A stretch of DNA of 63,260 nt, filler included, from Hyphochytrium catenoides (taxonomy: Eukaryota > Protista > Hyphochytriomycota), in the NCBI GenBank assembly GCA_900088475.1. It is 7 parts of 7 records of this genome, joined end to end, with 100 filler letters (N's around TTAATTAATTAA, not from the genome) between each part and the next. Parts side by side here need not be neighbours in the genome. Positions count along the whole stretch, not along the records: positions 1 to 29,420 come from FLMG01000401.1; 6 more parts are not named here. One strand, 5' to 3'. Shown here in pieces: positions 14,219 through 27,136 of the stretch (positions within the stretch are counted from its first letter, which is position 1; each line of letters opens with the position of its first letter). The translations under genes and the position numbers were made by a program. The notes beneath the pieces were generated by a model, which was given only the letters and a program-made list of their open reading frames with translations, made no database searches and was not told the DNA's origin.

Positions 14219-14753
14219 AACGAAGGTTACGTTATCAGTTAGCAGGCAACAGGGATATCGCGGGGGTGGCAACGCTCTCCGCCATCAGTTAGGCGGAAAG
14301 AGAAAGGGGGAATGGTGTCGGGTGCAGGGCCAGACAGACAGCATTTATTTTTTGTCTTGACAGAGATTAATTAAAGGAAAACGCTCACATGAGGTCAGAC
14401 GTGGACCTGAAAAGTCAGACTTTCTCTATTCAGTGAGATTCCTTCCACGACGTCGCCTTGGTATTTGAAGGTCCACACATCCTCTCCCCTCCTGTTTGTC
14501 ATATTGGCGTCGAATTGACAGACGGCGTGTTGCGCCTCGAAAGGGCAAAAGCTATTCCCATTCACTGTGGTTGAGGAAGGTAAACTATGAGGTTGGCGCC
14601 AAAACTCAAGGGTCAGCCCTCAAGCGGAGAATAAGCTTGCCGTGGAAAGAAGGTTTAGGGAGAGTCCCTGCCTTTGTGCCCTCTGATAATGTCATCTTTT
14701 TCTCTCTATCCCGGTTCACGAACGTAGTCTCTGGACCATTATGCTGAGCTCCA

Positions 14754-16662
14754 TCACTCTGTGGGATCGTATTCTGAATCCGTGGACTCACTGTCATCCT
14801 CTCCCTCCAGCCTGGAGCGATGGAGATCTCGCTCCTCCTTGATATCCGCTCCATCCTCCTCGGAGGGGTTTTCTCTACTAAACTGATAGAAGTCTGCAGT
14901 CTCTAGGAGACGGCTTGCTCCCCTGCCCTCTCCTCCGAGGCGTTGTCCTGCTATTGAAGGAGGAGAGACGGACCGGCTTCGGCGAAGGTAGAGCAAAGAC
15001 ACTGCCCAAGCTATAAGAACTGTCACTATGAACTGGTGGATGGCGGTGGGAGACTCCCAGGCCTGCAACAAGAAGCTACTCTAGATCTTAGCCCAGCTGG
15101 AAGGGGATAATGGAGAAGACAAAGAGGAGGGCTGGTAAAAGAGCTTCTTGTCAAGGGAGAAGATTCTAGTAACAAGGAGACGACCCCAGGGGAGCCTGTT
15201 TGAAAGGCGGAGAGGCACGGCAGCTTACCTCCTCACGTCCCTAGGATTGAAGCTGACTTTTACTCCTGGTTCGGAGGGATCACCCTCCTTCATCCCTTTA
15301 TCTAGCGGCGCTAGAGTTATCAATGTAGTGAGTACATGTCAGAAGTCAGAAGAGGGAATTTGGCGGGTACTCAGTACCTGAGCCATCATAGCACTGGGCA
15401 TCATCGTTTCGAGGAGCGGCGCGATAGCCCATTGCCCCGCACAGCTCCGTGCCACTATACCAAGAGGAGAGAGCAGGAGGGACCATGCGTCACAGAACGT
15501 TCCATATAATCGGAGGAAAGAATCGGACGCAGATCGGAGGGTAGCCCAAGAAAAGTGGAGCCTGGCATGAAAAGGGAGAGAGGTTATAGAGCATAGAGCC
15601 TGGTGACAGGGAGGTTGGGGAAGGGAGAAAGAGCGCAGACACCGCGGTGACTACAGAGTAGGCAGCAAGACCTTCTGTAGATGGCATCCAAAGGCGAACA
15701 AACCAAAGAGTCTGGTGCGCACGGCAGAAGAGAGCCATCAAAAGAAGAGGAAAACGCAGTCCGGCGGCAAGCCTGAAACCTAGAGAGGTTTGGTGAGACA
15801 GAGAGAGAGGGTTTTAGAATCCGACCGAGATCTGCGCAGCAAGAAGCAAGACCGACACGAAGGGGAGAGAGTAAGACGAAGTGAGAGTTGCATACCCCTT
15901 CCTGCTACCAGCCAAAGGAGGGCAAGTGTAATTCCTACTCATGTGGGAGAGAAGCAGGTCATCGGCAGGAAGGCTAGAGGGATGGCGAGGTAAGGCAGAT
16001 GTAGAGGAGCGCTATTAGCACTCACCAGCTGTCGCAGAGAGAAGTGCAGATATTGCGAGCGCTTCCCGTCCCATAGGCAGGATGGCACACTGAGCACAAG
16101 ACCAGCTACAAAGGCGACCAGAGGCAAAAGTGAGCGACAACTTGAAGCACCACTGGGAAATGGGAGAGGGGAAAGGGGCCAGAAGGAAGTGATGCACAGT
16201 CTCATATTGCCAATGGGTCGCACCTCACTCATCACCACGCATGAAGGCTCGGCATCGTCTAGCTGCAGACCCAGGGTGAAGCTGTAGACCGAGGAGAGGA
16301 TGCCCCCACAAAGGAGAAGGTAGAATATGAGTAAGCCACGCAGGAATAAGATGCTTCTCTTCCCACCTTCTGAGTTTGTTTGTGTGGGTGCGGTTACAGC
16401 AGGTGTTATGGCTGAACTCTTTACATAGCGTGAGGGCGCTGCGCGGCTGACAGCGGATGGAGGAAGAAAACGTCAGAGGGAGAGCATAGTAAGCATCACA
16501 AGCTCCGCGCAATGCTGCCAGAAGGCGCCTCACCCTGTCGCGAGGAAAATCCTCCCGTGCGAATTGGATGCCGTGCTGAGACTTACAGCTCTTCACCACC
16601 TTCTTGTTATTCTCGAGAGTGTCTGGGCGGCGATCCCTACCTCTGGGATCCCTGTCCTCCAT
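14754..16662 (-). CDS. Folate-receptor-family Cys-rich domain protein with a C-terminal TM helix
   Basis: Spliced translation LCKEFSHNTCCNRTH..CVVMSE|LVLCSVCHPAYGTGSARNICTSLCDSW|FQACRR..LPCAPDSLVCSPL..ELCGAMG..CYDG; TM FIVTVLIAWAVSLLYL followed by RRSR. The 5' end is uncertain and no signal peptide was located. Confidence 0.7.
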
Positions 16663-18197
16663 TTATGAGATTTTACCCTGTGCCGTTTTCCAAAGCTTCA
16701 GGGTTCGAGAGCGATCGAAGTGAAGCTTCAAGCCAGCTCAGCAGACACTGATGACTGACGATGGACCCAGTGCCCGGCGTCAGGGTGAGGAGCGCTGTGC
16801 AGTCTCGGCGGCGGCGGCGGTGGCGGCTGCTTCAGGATTCGCAATACAAAGATCCACCAAAGAATCACCACCGCCGCTCACTCCGCTTGATAACTGAGAC
16901 TGCTCCAGCTCTCCCCCTGGATATACTAGCGCTAACGGCTAGGCGTAAGGGATGAGGTGGCCAAACTTCAACCTGCACAGAGCGCTGCCCCATGCAGTTC
17001 CGGCAGACAGAGCGAGCTTTGGAGAGGGGAAAAGAACGGGGAGAGGAAAGGCTTGTACATAGCCCCATTGCTCTGTGACTCAGGAACCGCTGACTAAAGA
17101 CCCCTCTCGTGCACTGTTTGGCCTTATATATCTATAGAATCCAAGCGCTCTGTCTAGCGGCTTCTAGTCCTCGAGGGCAGCTACAGCGAGTAACTTCCCA
17201 GGTTTGAAAACTGCAACCGCTCCAGGTGAGTTACCCCGGTGCCAGGACCAGGCTCCAGCTCCTGAGTGGTCAGTACTAGGGCAGTGGGGTGGGGAGTAGA
17301 CGTCGGTGCTATATAGGTTGAGGGGGCTCTCACCTGATCTGAAGAACTTTCAGCAAGTCTGGGGGCGGGCGGGCAGACTGATAAGGTGTAGGTTCACCCA
17401 CCCACCTTCAAAGTGTACGAGGTTAGTCGAGCAGCATCGATCTGGTGTGGTTCTTATGGTGGGTTTGGCTCCAAAGCCCTTAGTATCTAGTAGCTCCATA
17501 GAGACTGTGTGCTTTCAATAATGAGTGCGTGAGTCTTCTGATCCTTCACCTGGACCTGAGTTACCCTACCCGCCCTGCACCCTCCTCGCCCCACCCACCG
17601 CTGCCGATGCCTGAGGCGGCGGCAGCGAGACACAGCGACACACAGAGATAAAGGTGTATTAGCAGCGAGACAGAGCGGTGCGCGGCAGGAGGAACAGCTG
17701 AAAGAAGCCACGAGCAGGAGCAGCAGCAGTAGCAGCAGCAGAAGGAGGAGGAGGAGGGAGGTACAGACAGAAGGGAAGGGTAAGAAAGGTCCTTAAGCCT
17801 GCGGAGCCAGAGGACAGGGAGAGAGACGAGCGAGAGAACGAGGAGCGAGCAGTGAGGCTTACATAGGCCTAGCAGACTGAGCAAGAGAACCCTCGCTGCA
17901 GGAAGGAGGAGGAGAGGGCGTCGACCCAAAGCAAGAAAGCGCATTAGAAACGGCAAGTTCAGATCGCGCCGGCCTCAATAAGAGAGACAGGGACACACGA
18001 AAGATTGGATTCGCTGACACGTTATAGAGTTCACATAACGAGACAACCAACGGTCAAGACGCTTGTCTCTCAGCAAGGCATTTGCTCTACAGACACTGGT
18101 ATAGTGAGCAGCACTATCAGGAGGAACACGCACGGAAAGTAAAGCCAAGGTGCGGTGGGTCATTTATTTTAGAGTTGTCAGTGGGAGGTGAAGAGTG

Positions 18198-19758
18198 ATG
18201 GAAGAGCAAGGATCACAAGGGATACCGACCCGACCTCAGCCAGCCGGCAGCCTCGCGCAGATTCTTGCCGAGCCTCTGAACAGCCCCAGCACTGACACTG
18301 CAGAGAGAGAGACGCAAAATATCCTTCGAAGTTTGTCGGCCGACTCTAGACAATTCTCTGGTGGTCCCGGAGAGAGAGAGCATGAGGATATGTTGATCCG
18401 CCCGCCGAAGGTGGAAATGAAGACAACAGGAAAGCCGCTCCAGGAGGCGAATGGGCTACACGCGGGACGATGGACGCAGGAAGAGCACGAGAATTTTCTG
18501 ATTGGGTTGAGTCAGTATGGGCGAGAGTGGAAAAAGGTGGCGGAGAGGATCAAGACGAGGACCTCAGCACAGGTATGCGGTGTGACTCAATAGGAAGTGA
18601 GAGAAGAAGCAAGGAATATCTCTAGGCGATGACAAAGGTGCTCATGGGCTTGGGGCACAGCGGGGAAGAAAACGCCCTCGACACCTTTCAAGTATGAGAC
18701 AGGATAGAAGTGAGCAGACAAATCACCGAGAAGGGTGACAATGGCAACTAAACCGCTTATATTCCTTATCTCTATCCTCAGATCCGTAGCCATGCACAGA
18801 AGTACTTCGCGAAGCTGGCCAAGGAGACCGCTCGGGGCGGTGGGGAACGAGGAAAAGGAGAGGAGATGAAGATCCGCAATGTCGCCGATCTCTCCGACAG
18901 CGATACTGACACAGACAGAAGCAACATCACAAAAAATAACGGGTTGGCCCGGAAGAGACCGCTGCCTCCTTCGTCCTCGGAGCTCCACATGTCTCCCCAG
19001 GTCTCTAAGGTAGATCCTGTGGTGACGCTCAAAAAGCTGGAACTGTCGCCGGCGGGCGGAAGAGACACAGGAAGGCTGAGGAAGAATCTAGCGAGTCTGG
19101 AAGCTCAGAAGAAGGTGAGGAGTAAAAAAACGATTACGGTTGTGAAGCGCCTGCACCACCGTTGAGAGTTGCGAAAGTGGAGGGAAGACAGTGGGGAAGC
19201 CTAACAGAGAGGTCGCAATGTGAGGATCTCCAATGGGGAAGATACGGATGGGACTGATTTGCTCTGGTATGGAAACCTCTAATTTGCACTCTTCAACCTT
19301 CCTTTGCTTTTCCGGCTCAGGCCGTTGCGAGTCAGCTCTTGAGCATATCAAAAGCACATATCGGCCTGGATTCAGACAAGGAAAGAGAACAGCTTCAGAA
19401 GGAATCGCAACGCCTTGCACAAGAGATCCAGCGGGTAAGAGGGAAGCTCTCCGTTGCGGAGGTCCCCTCAGATGGACCCATCCGGCAGCTCCATTCCGGT
19501 TCTACAGACCCCGGGGTTATACAGCCAAACGCTGCCAAAGGGAGTGAAGAAGTGCCTTCTAAGCCGCCCTCACGACAGCTGTTCGAGGGTCTCTCGCCGC
19601 TGAAGAGACAAAAGATTGCGGGCCTGCAGGACGACGAGCTACTTGCCGTGCAAGTTTTGTCTTCGAATCTCACCAGACAGTCTGATCCTGAGAGCTTCAA
19701 TCCTTCGAGCTCGCTTTCCCTTGGCAGAGCTGTGCACCAACCGCGGGCTGTATATTAG
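18198..19758 (+). CDS. MYB-related transcription factor, SHAQKYF class (3 exons)
   Basis: GRWTQEEHENFLIGLSQYGREWKKVAERIKTRTSAQ|IRSHAQKYF across intron 18573-18781; the last exon ends at TAG 19758. Confidence 0.92.
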
Positions 19759-20186
19759 ACGCTCATTGTAGAAAGATAAAGCGTAGTGAGAGGGAGCATC
19801 GGTACTGAGAAGGCATTGGGGGTGGTTGTAGTTATATTTTGCGGAGGCGGCGGGAGACCGGAATGTAAGCTGAGGTGCGAGGTGGCGGTTTAAAGACGCT
19901 GGCAGGTATGTCACGGCCTTGGAACGACTCATATAGAAGTGGAGGCAGAAGAGGAGGAGAGAGAACAGGAGTTCCACAGATTCCGACCGATTGCCTCCTC
20001 CGTTAAACATATGTATAGGCAGTGTCGTCCGCATGGTGACGACTGTAAAAAGACAATTTAAGTTAAGATAGTAAGGCTTGGCAGTCCTTCAAGCCGGCAG
20101 TGGTGACAACATAAAAAAAAGAACCAACCACGCTCAGGTCCTAATGTTTTAGAAGGATAACGCCAGCAGCTTCCGTCAGAGAGATG

Positions 20187-23100
20187 TCACAAGTCGAAAG
20201 CCAGCTTCTTTCTCCTCTTGCCCTTCTTCCGAGATTTGGACTTAGCCTTTGGTGGCAGGATATCGTAATCGTCCTCTTCGTTCGTCTCTGCCCTGAAATG
20301 TAGCTTCTGTTTTGTCTGGCTGCTTAGCTTGTCAAACGCCTTTAGCACGCCCCTGGCACGGTCGATGCTGGTCATCCGCTGAGCAAAGAGAAGGTCGGTG
20401 GAGATAATACGAGAAAGAACAGAGCCTTGACGGGGCTCTTGCAAGCGGCACCTCCCAATCAGAGCGTCATGAGCTCTCCTGGTCGCCAGAGGCACATTGT
20501 GCAAGAGAAGACACCCAGTCAGTGATACGGAACCTGAACGGCTATCGTCACAAAAAGTCTGGAGACAGACAGAAGTGGTTTGCTCTATAAAGCTTGTCGG
20601 TACACTGGAACCCCCAGGGACTCAAATAAAGCCTTACAAGGAACGACTAAGGAGAGAGCCTTTATCCCTACCGGAAACACTCCCGAAATCTGTACACATT
20701 GAGCCCAGACAGTCCAATCTCTACCTATCATGGATAAAGATCAATCTAGATCAGAGATGACTAAGCGAAGATTTAGACACATACAGTAGGAGGCACCAGC
20801 CATAGTCAGAACATTAAAAGTAGCAAAGTTGGTGATCGAGTGAGGTAGACAATAAGGTTCAAATAAGGCGAGACGGATCGAGCGAACGTAGATCAAGAAG
20901 ACTGAATAGTTTTGAGGGGCGGTCATTACTGCCACTGTCTTCGCGGACACCGTCATCGACTCTCTGAGCAGCACGTTGCTGTGTGCGTAGTAATGGAGAA
21001 AATGGAGCAGACTCTGGTCCGCGGTGGCAGCTGCGGAGCGGACGTGATAGCATCATGATCAGCTACCCTGGACTCAGGCCTGGAGTCTCCTCTTTCCGAG
21101 TTAGAGCAAAAGGGCTATACAACACGCCGCGCTCCCCCTTATACTTGTTCAGATTCCTCTCACTCTTCCCCTTAAAGCTTCTATTTTGTGTCAAGAGCTT
21201 ACCTCTCTTTGGCCCTTTCGTTGTACGGAAGAAGTGTCCGATCAGAGCATACAGCTTAAAGCTACCCAGCCCTTTCGTAAAGGGCTTGTCCAGGTTTGCC
21301 TAAACAAGCACGACCGTCAAATATAAGGTTGAGCGGCTGGACCCAACTCTCACTCTTGAGTTATGTATGTGGCAGAAGGACCCTCGCTAACCCGCAAACG
21401 AGGAACAGTGGGGTGTACCAATTACTTACGGTGGAGATTACACGCTGGCGAGTGGCATTGGAGAAAATTAAAAGACGGAGAGAAAGAGAAGGGAGAACAA
21501 AGAGGAAGAAAGCAAGAGAGAGAGAGAGAGAGAAAGGAAGAAAGAGAGAGGGAGAGAGAGGGAGCGAGTGTGTAGAGAGAGAGAGTGTACACTACACGCG
21601 AGAAGACCCAGAAGCGTATCATCAAGTCCGAACCTGGTTGAGTAGCACTTTTAAAAGCATAACCATGGGCTTGAAATGCTCGAACTCGTCCGCGAGCTCC
21701 CGGGAGAAGCGGGTTGTAGCTGCTCCATCTGTGTCCACAGAGATATCTGCAGGATATGGATCGTCGATGCTAAGAGAGGGCCATGGACGTTCAGAAGAAA
21801 CCGCGAAGCGGAGCAAGACACTGAACGGACAAAGACACCATTTCCAGAGCTAGGCTTGCCACACCCATTCCAAACAAACCCACTCAATAATAGATAGGTG
21901 GGCTAGGCACTGCAAGTTCAAAAGAGAATCACCAGGGTCAACTTGTGGCTCATCCGTCTTAGTGGACAGATAAGGAGTGATTGCTAATAGACAGGGGAAA
22001 GATAGGGAGCAATGGCGAAGTATTATTTTGCAAGTTTCTGAGGTGCGGCCCCGCAAGCAGAAGTAAGTGTGCATAATGTTTGGTTGGTGTTCTTACCCGC
22101 TTCGAGGTCCATCAGAGGCTCCCGGATATAAAGGATAGGCACCTTAGCCTTCGACCGCACTTCGAGGTCACTCGCAAGATCCGCCTTCTTCAACGCTTTA
22201 GCCAGGAGGTAGAGCCTCGAGATAGCTTTTTTTCTTGCTATTGACCGCCCCCCGGGTAAAGAGGGAGCCGTTGGAGAGTCATACGGACGAAAGAGGCGGA
22301 AAGACGATACGATGTTCCGTGAGCTTCCCGTCATAGCTCTGATGTTAGATATCTTCCGAAGCAATATGCGAAGTAAAACCTTCCAGTCTAAAAGTGAGAT
22401 GTTGAGCAGAAAAGGGGAAAGGAGGAGCACCAAGCGCAGACCTTGAGAAGGGTCAAAGGGAAAGGGAGAGACACTAACACGGCTACGTGCTCGTCCTCTG
22501 ATATGGTACTAATCAGAGGTCTTACCCTTTCCAGCTTGCCGCGCAACGGAGATGAACTCAATATCAGACGTCGGAATCTGTCCACCTTTCCTCTTCTTAG
22601 AGATATTAAGCAACAAGTCACCCTCTCCTTCTTCGTCCAAAAGGAACGTTGGAACAGAGGCAGACGCAGAGCGCTGCTCTCCACCTCTATCCTCGTACCA
22701 GATAAGAGGCAAGGCCTCGCCATCTTTTTCTCCTTCCTCCTTCACCTCTCCTAACTCCAGATTGTGCAACGTTGCGTGCTTTTTCTTTCCGTGTCTCTGT
22801 CTCTTTTCTTTCCAGTAGGAGAGAATACTGTCTCTCATCTCATCTCCTGCCTCGCTCTCCTTCACGCGCAATGTGATATCCAAGTCACTGAAAAAAGTCT
22901 GGAAGTCAGTGACGGAGCTACCGAATCTCTCCGCTTTGGTTCCAGGAAGCACAGCCCGTGTCACTCCCTCGATCTGAGTGAAAAATGCTTCTCGTGCCTT
23001 CTTCTCTTCGGCTGTAAGTCCCACATATCTGCAGAAGCAGAGTCACCCGACGCTAGAGGTTATGACGTAGAGCTTTTGAGAGAGTCTCATGCATGAAATC

Positions 23101-24123
23101 TAAGAAAAGAACAACTACTATAAGGAGATGCATTTCCATGAGGGGAACTAAGTAGGTGACAAGAAGCGGTACAGGAGTGATCGGGAGCATAGCCTTGCAG
23201 ACAGACTGAGGGGAGCAGCTCTCACTCTGCAAACGCTAGCAATTCCTCATTAAAGTCAGTGTGCGAAGCCATGGGGGCCTGCTCTGAAGCGAACCAGGGC
23301 GCACTGTCCAGGGCGATGGCACTGCTAACCTTCCCTTTACGGGAAGCCTTTTTCCGTCTTCTGTCATGCTTGTGAGAGCCGAAACCAGTCAAATCGAGCA
23401 ACTCCTTTCTGTTTGTCTCCTTGTGCGTGCTAGTCTCTGTGTCAAGATCCCCAAAGGTGGAGGGCAACTCCTTCGCTTCTTCTTCTTCCTCTCTCTCCCT
23501 CCAAGCAGGCTTTTTCCTTTTGCCGGTGGCAGGAGGCTTTCTCTCCACATTGTTCTCCTCTCTAGTGCAATGGGGTGAGGGCATGACTTGATTAGGAGAG
23601 AGATGGAGTGAACGATATGGTAACGAAAGACGGGCTGCTCCTTACAGAGCAAGGCCTTGAAGATGTCTGAGGCGGTCAACCTCTCCTTGCATAAGCCTAC
23701 TGTCGACCTCCTGTGAGGTCAAGGCTGTCGAGAAGAAGAGGAGAGGGAAGAATAGGGCACAGAGATCACAAGAGACGATCGTCAGCGAACCCTTATCCTC
23801 ATAGCGAGACCTAGCACAAAGCTAGAAGTTTCCCATAATGGTACAACAAGAGGACAATCAGCACCTGGGCTGAGAAAGACCGAAGAAGAGGGTCATAAGC
23901 TAAGGAGGAGATGAGAATGGCCAAGCAGGAGAGGAGAATAGGTAGTATGGGCATGCTAGAACACTGAGAACCTAAAGACAGACAGACACAGAGAAAGAGA
24001 GAGAAGGTACGGCTGAGCACTCAGGAAGAAGTATGTCGGCAGGAGGCACTCACAGTTTGAGGAGCGGCGTTTAATGCGGCTGCGTAAAGATGAAAACTTC
24101 CTAAGGAGGCGCTTGGTGGACAT
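20187..24123 (-). CDS. Trf4/TENT4-like non-canonical poly(A) polymerase (DNA pol beta-like nucleotidyltransferase)
   Basis: FNEELLAFAE|YVGLTAEE..RFGSSVTDFQTFFSDLDITL (GS..DxD), KAKVPIL..EA|DISVD (third Asp), MLLKVLLNQ|ANLDKPFTKGLGSFKLYAL. Upstream exons splice in frame from ATG 24123. Confidence 0.85.
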
Positions 24124-26648
24124 GCCGCCATACAAACGTGAGACCGCACCTTGGACGCTCATTTGTCGAACTTTGTGCAGGTTATAGGGACTGGGACAGA
24201 ACTCTCAGATTACCTGCCGGAATGACGATGCGGGCAAACGAGTGAGGGCTGCTGAGCTCGTGGGCTGAGGGGCCTTAGGTGTTGCGCCCTTATCCGTCCG
24301 TCCTCTACCCAGAATCCTCCTCTTCTTATAGCAGAAGAGACGAGTGACGATAGGATCGAAGCCAAATGAGGATGTCAGCAGTGGATGGTAGCAGGAAGAA
24401 GGAACTAGCCGAGGAGGCGGTCCTGAAAAGCAATAGCTGCACGCTAAGGAAGTAGGGTACACTTGAAAGGCGGAGGAGGAGGAGAATGAGAGAAGACAGA
24501 GAAGATGCGGCGGGCCGCCGCCAGAGTAAGGCGGTGGCTTCAAAGAGGAGCGGATTTGGAGGAGGAGGAAGAGGGGCAACGGACGAGGTAGAGACCCAAG
24601 ATGCTTCTCCTGTCTTACACAGGGCGGCGGGATCCCGGGCCAGCAGCAGCAGGAGAGCAAGGGAGGACGGAGAGGATAGAAGGAAGGGACGGGCTCAAGG
24701 TGGGAGAGGAGGGCGGCGACTGGCGAGAGTCATTCAAAGAACTTCTGCACCGGCGGGGCCATGCACCTTACAGCCGTGCGAAGGGGCAAACGAGGAGGCG
24801 GCGGGAGCGAGGCGGAGGAGAGATGAAAGAAGTAACGCAGCAGCAGTAAGAAAAGAAGAAGAGAGCCTTTGAACCTTGCTGGACTGGACCGACTCCAACA
24901 AAGCCAACCATTTTATTCCTGACTGGCACGTACACATATTCTAGACACAGCATTTACTGTGGTTCTAAGTATGGTACTGTACATCCAGTGATCCAATGTT
25001 CTGTTGTCCCGACCGCACTTCCAACTTGGAACAACATGTACAGGGCTGTACAGTAACGAAGCAGAGGTGAACGCTCATTCCGAATTGGCACACGAGTAAC
25101 AAAAGAGTGATTTTCCTCCCTTTTTGTCGTGATGATGAAGATGCCGGCCTGCAGAAGGAGGACGGAGGAGGAAGAAGAGGGAGGAGGAGGAGGACGGTGG
25201 AGGAGAAAAACCGGTGCCGCTCCCCTGCTAACAAGCCGCCCGCTGCGATTTCATCATGATGAGGAGAATAATGATGACCATGTTGGCGGGCGGGGCGCCG
25301 CCTGGTTGTCATCATCATCGAACGTTGTAAGACTTCTTTTTCTTTCCAGCGGTCAAGAGGGCAATGATGTGACGGACAAAGTGCTAATTAATTGGCTTCC
25401 TCAGAGTGCGCCAGCAGCGTATCCTGGCCGCCAGCACACTGACTAGGCGCTGGGCGGTGGTGGCTGGTTACTGAACTCTCAACACCTCCTTGGACATCTT
25501 CATAGGGAAAATGAGCATGGAGGAGGAGGTCCAGATGATAGCAGAAGTAAGAAGGAGGATTATGTGGTGGTGGCTTAGACGCTGATCAGTATCTCCGGCC
25601 GGAGGAGGAGGAGGAGGAGAAGGACTGAATGACGGTGGTGAATGATGCTCATTGATAGTATAAGTCTGCTGCTGCTACGCTCACTCCTACTACTACTAGG
25701 CAACGAAAAAAAGAACAACAAGAACGTAGAGGTGGTCGTGATACACTGCTACTACAACGCCGGGCAAGGAGGAGCAGCAGCTACTACAGCAGCTCGCCCA
25801 TCATTAACCAACTTCTTTTCTCAGTCATGTCTTGCTTACTAATAATAATGGCCACTGCCGGCCTTCCCCCGCCCCCGTTGTCTCACATGTAATCATTACG
25901 ACAACAATTCAGCATATAAGGCTCCTGCCTGGTACCACTGGACTGCAAACAAATGTCCTATGGCGGTAATAACTGAAGAGAAGGCTCCCGACGAGTCTCC
26001 CCATACCCTGCGACTTCTACGTAATAATGATGTCCAGTCACCCGCATACTGTACGACTACTCCTATTGACTGAGTTTTACTTATAAGGATGACTATACAT
26101 ATGTGATCATAGCCTTTTCTTATTGGCACAACAACAGCTTCCAAATACGCGAAGGACACCCTACTTCACTGCCCTGAAAGTGGGCCGGTTATCTGGTCCT
26201 GAATCTCTACTTCTTGGGGAACTGGGGAAATTGGGATGCGATAGGCGACCATATGACCATAACAATAATACGGTTGCTGGATGAGAATCTAAACCTCTTC
26301 GTAAGCAGAGCTGAAGACTGTGGGCTGTAGCAGCGATCGACTTTATTGCTCGTCGTCAATAGTCTTAGTAGTCAATCAGTAGTGTCTCAAACTGTATCAT
26401 TTGTATCTGTGATCGGGCAATGTCATTTGAGAGAGCTCTACTTATAAGCCCAATTGGGGTCCCACAAACTAGAGCTATTCTGAGTATGGCAACTTCTCCT
26501 GAATACACTATTGGAATCTGTACATTGGCTAATGTAAGATTCAGCATAACCCGCATATAAATTCCAAATGCGGAAACTCCTAGTCTGAGCTGGTAACGGC
26601 TAATAACCACAGACGGCTATAAGAGCCCAACTAGATCACTGAGTAAGT

Positions 26649-26789
26649 GGGCATGTGGTGTTATGGTGCATACCGTAGGGTGCTGGGATTGCTGGCAGGA
26701 AGACCGTGGTTCGATTCCCGGCTTGTCCGAAAATGTTTCAGTAGTCTAGTTTCCAAAACACAAACCAACGGTCAAAGTTCATCCTTCAT
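26649..26789 (+). mobile_element. tRNA(Ala)-like Pol III element / SINE-like copy 1
   Basis: A box TGGTGTTATGG, B box GGTTCGATTCC; acceptor GGGCATG/CTTGTCC with a G3.U70 pair; about 60-nt 3' extension shared with copy 2. Confidence 0.6.
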
Positions 26790-26995
26790 TTGGCGGACAA
26801 GCCGCCGGATGGAATGACAGATCTGTGATTGTTGCAGGATCACATTTCTGTGGGGAATCTAGACAATGGAAGTTGGCAATTCTCTAGATTCAGGGGGGGT
26901 GTTGAGAACTGTGATATGTTCGCAATAGTGCAATGGTCGAAGGGGCTAACGGTCAGTCCCGGTATGTGTAAAACAGATGGGTTTACAGTAAAATA

Positions 26996-27136
26996 GATCA
27001 TGTGGTGTAATGGTGCACACTGTAGAGTGCTGGCATTGCTGACAGGAAGAGAGCGGTTCGATTCCCGGCTTGTCCGAAAACTTTTCAGTATTCTACTTTC
27101 CAAAACATAAACCGACTGTCAAAGTTTATCCTTCAT
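26996..27136 (+). mobile_element. tRNA(Ala)-like Pol III element / SINE-like copy 2
   Basis: A box TGGTGTAATGG, D stem GTGT/ACAC, B box GGTTCGATTCC, 3' CTTGTCC then TTTT; colinear with copy 1 over about 140 nt. Confidence 0.6.
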
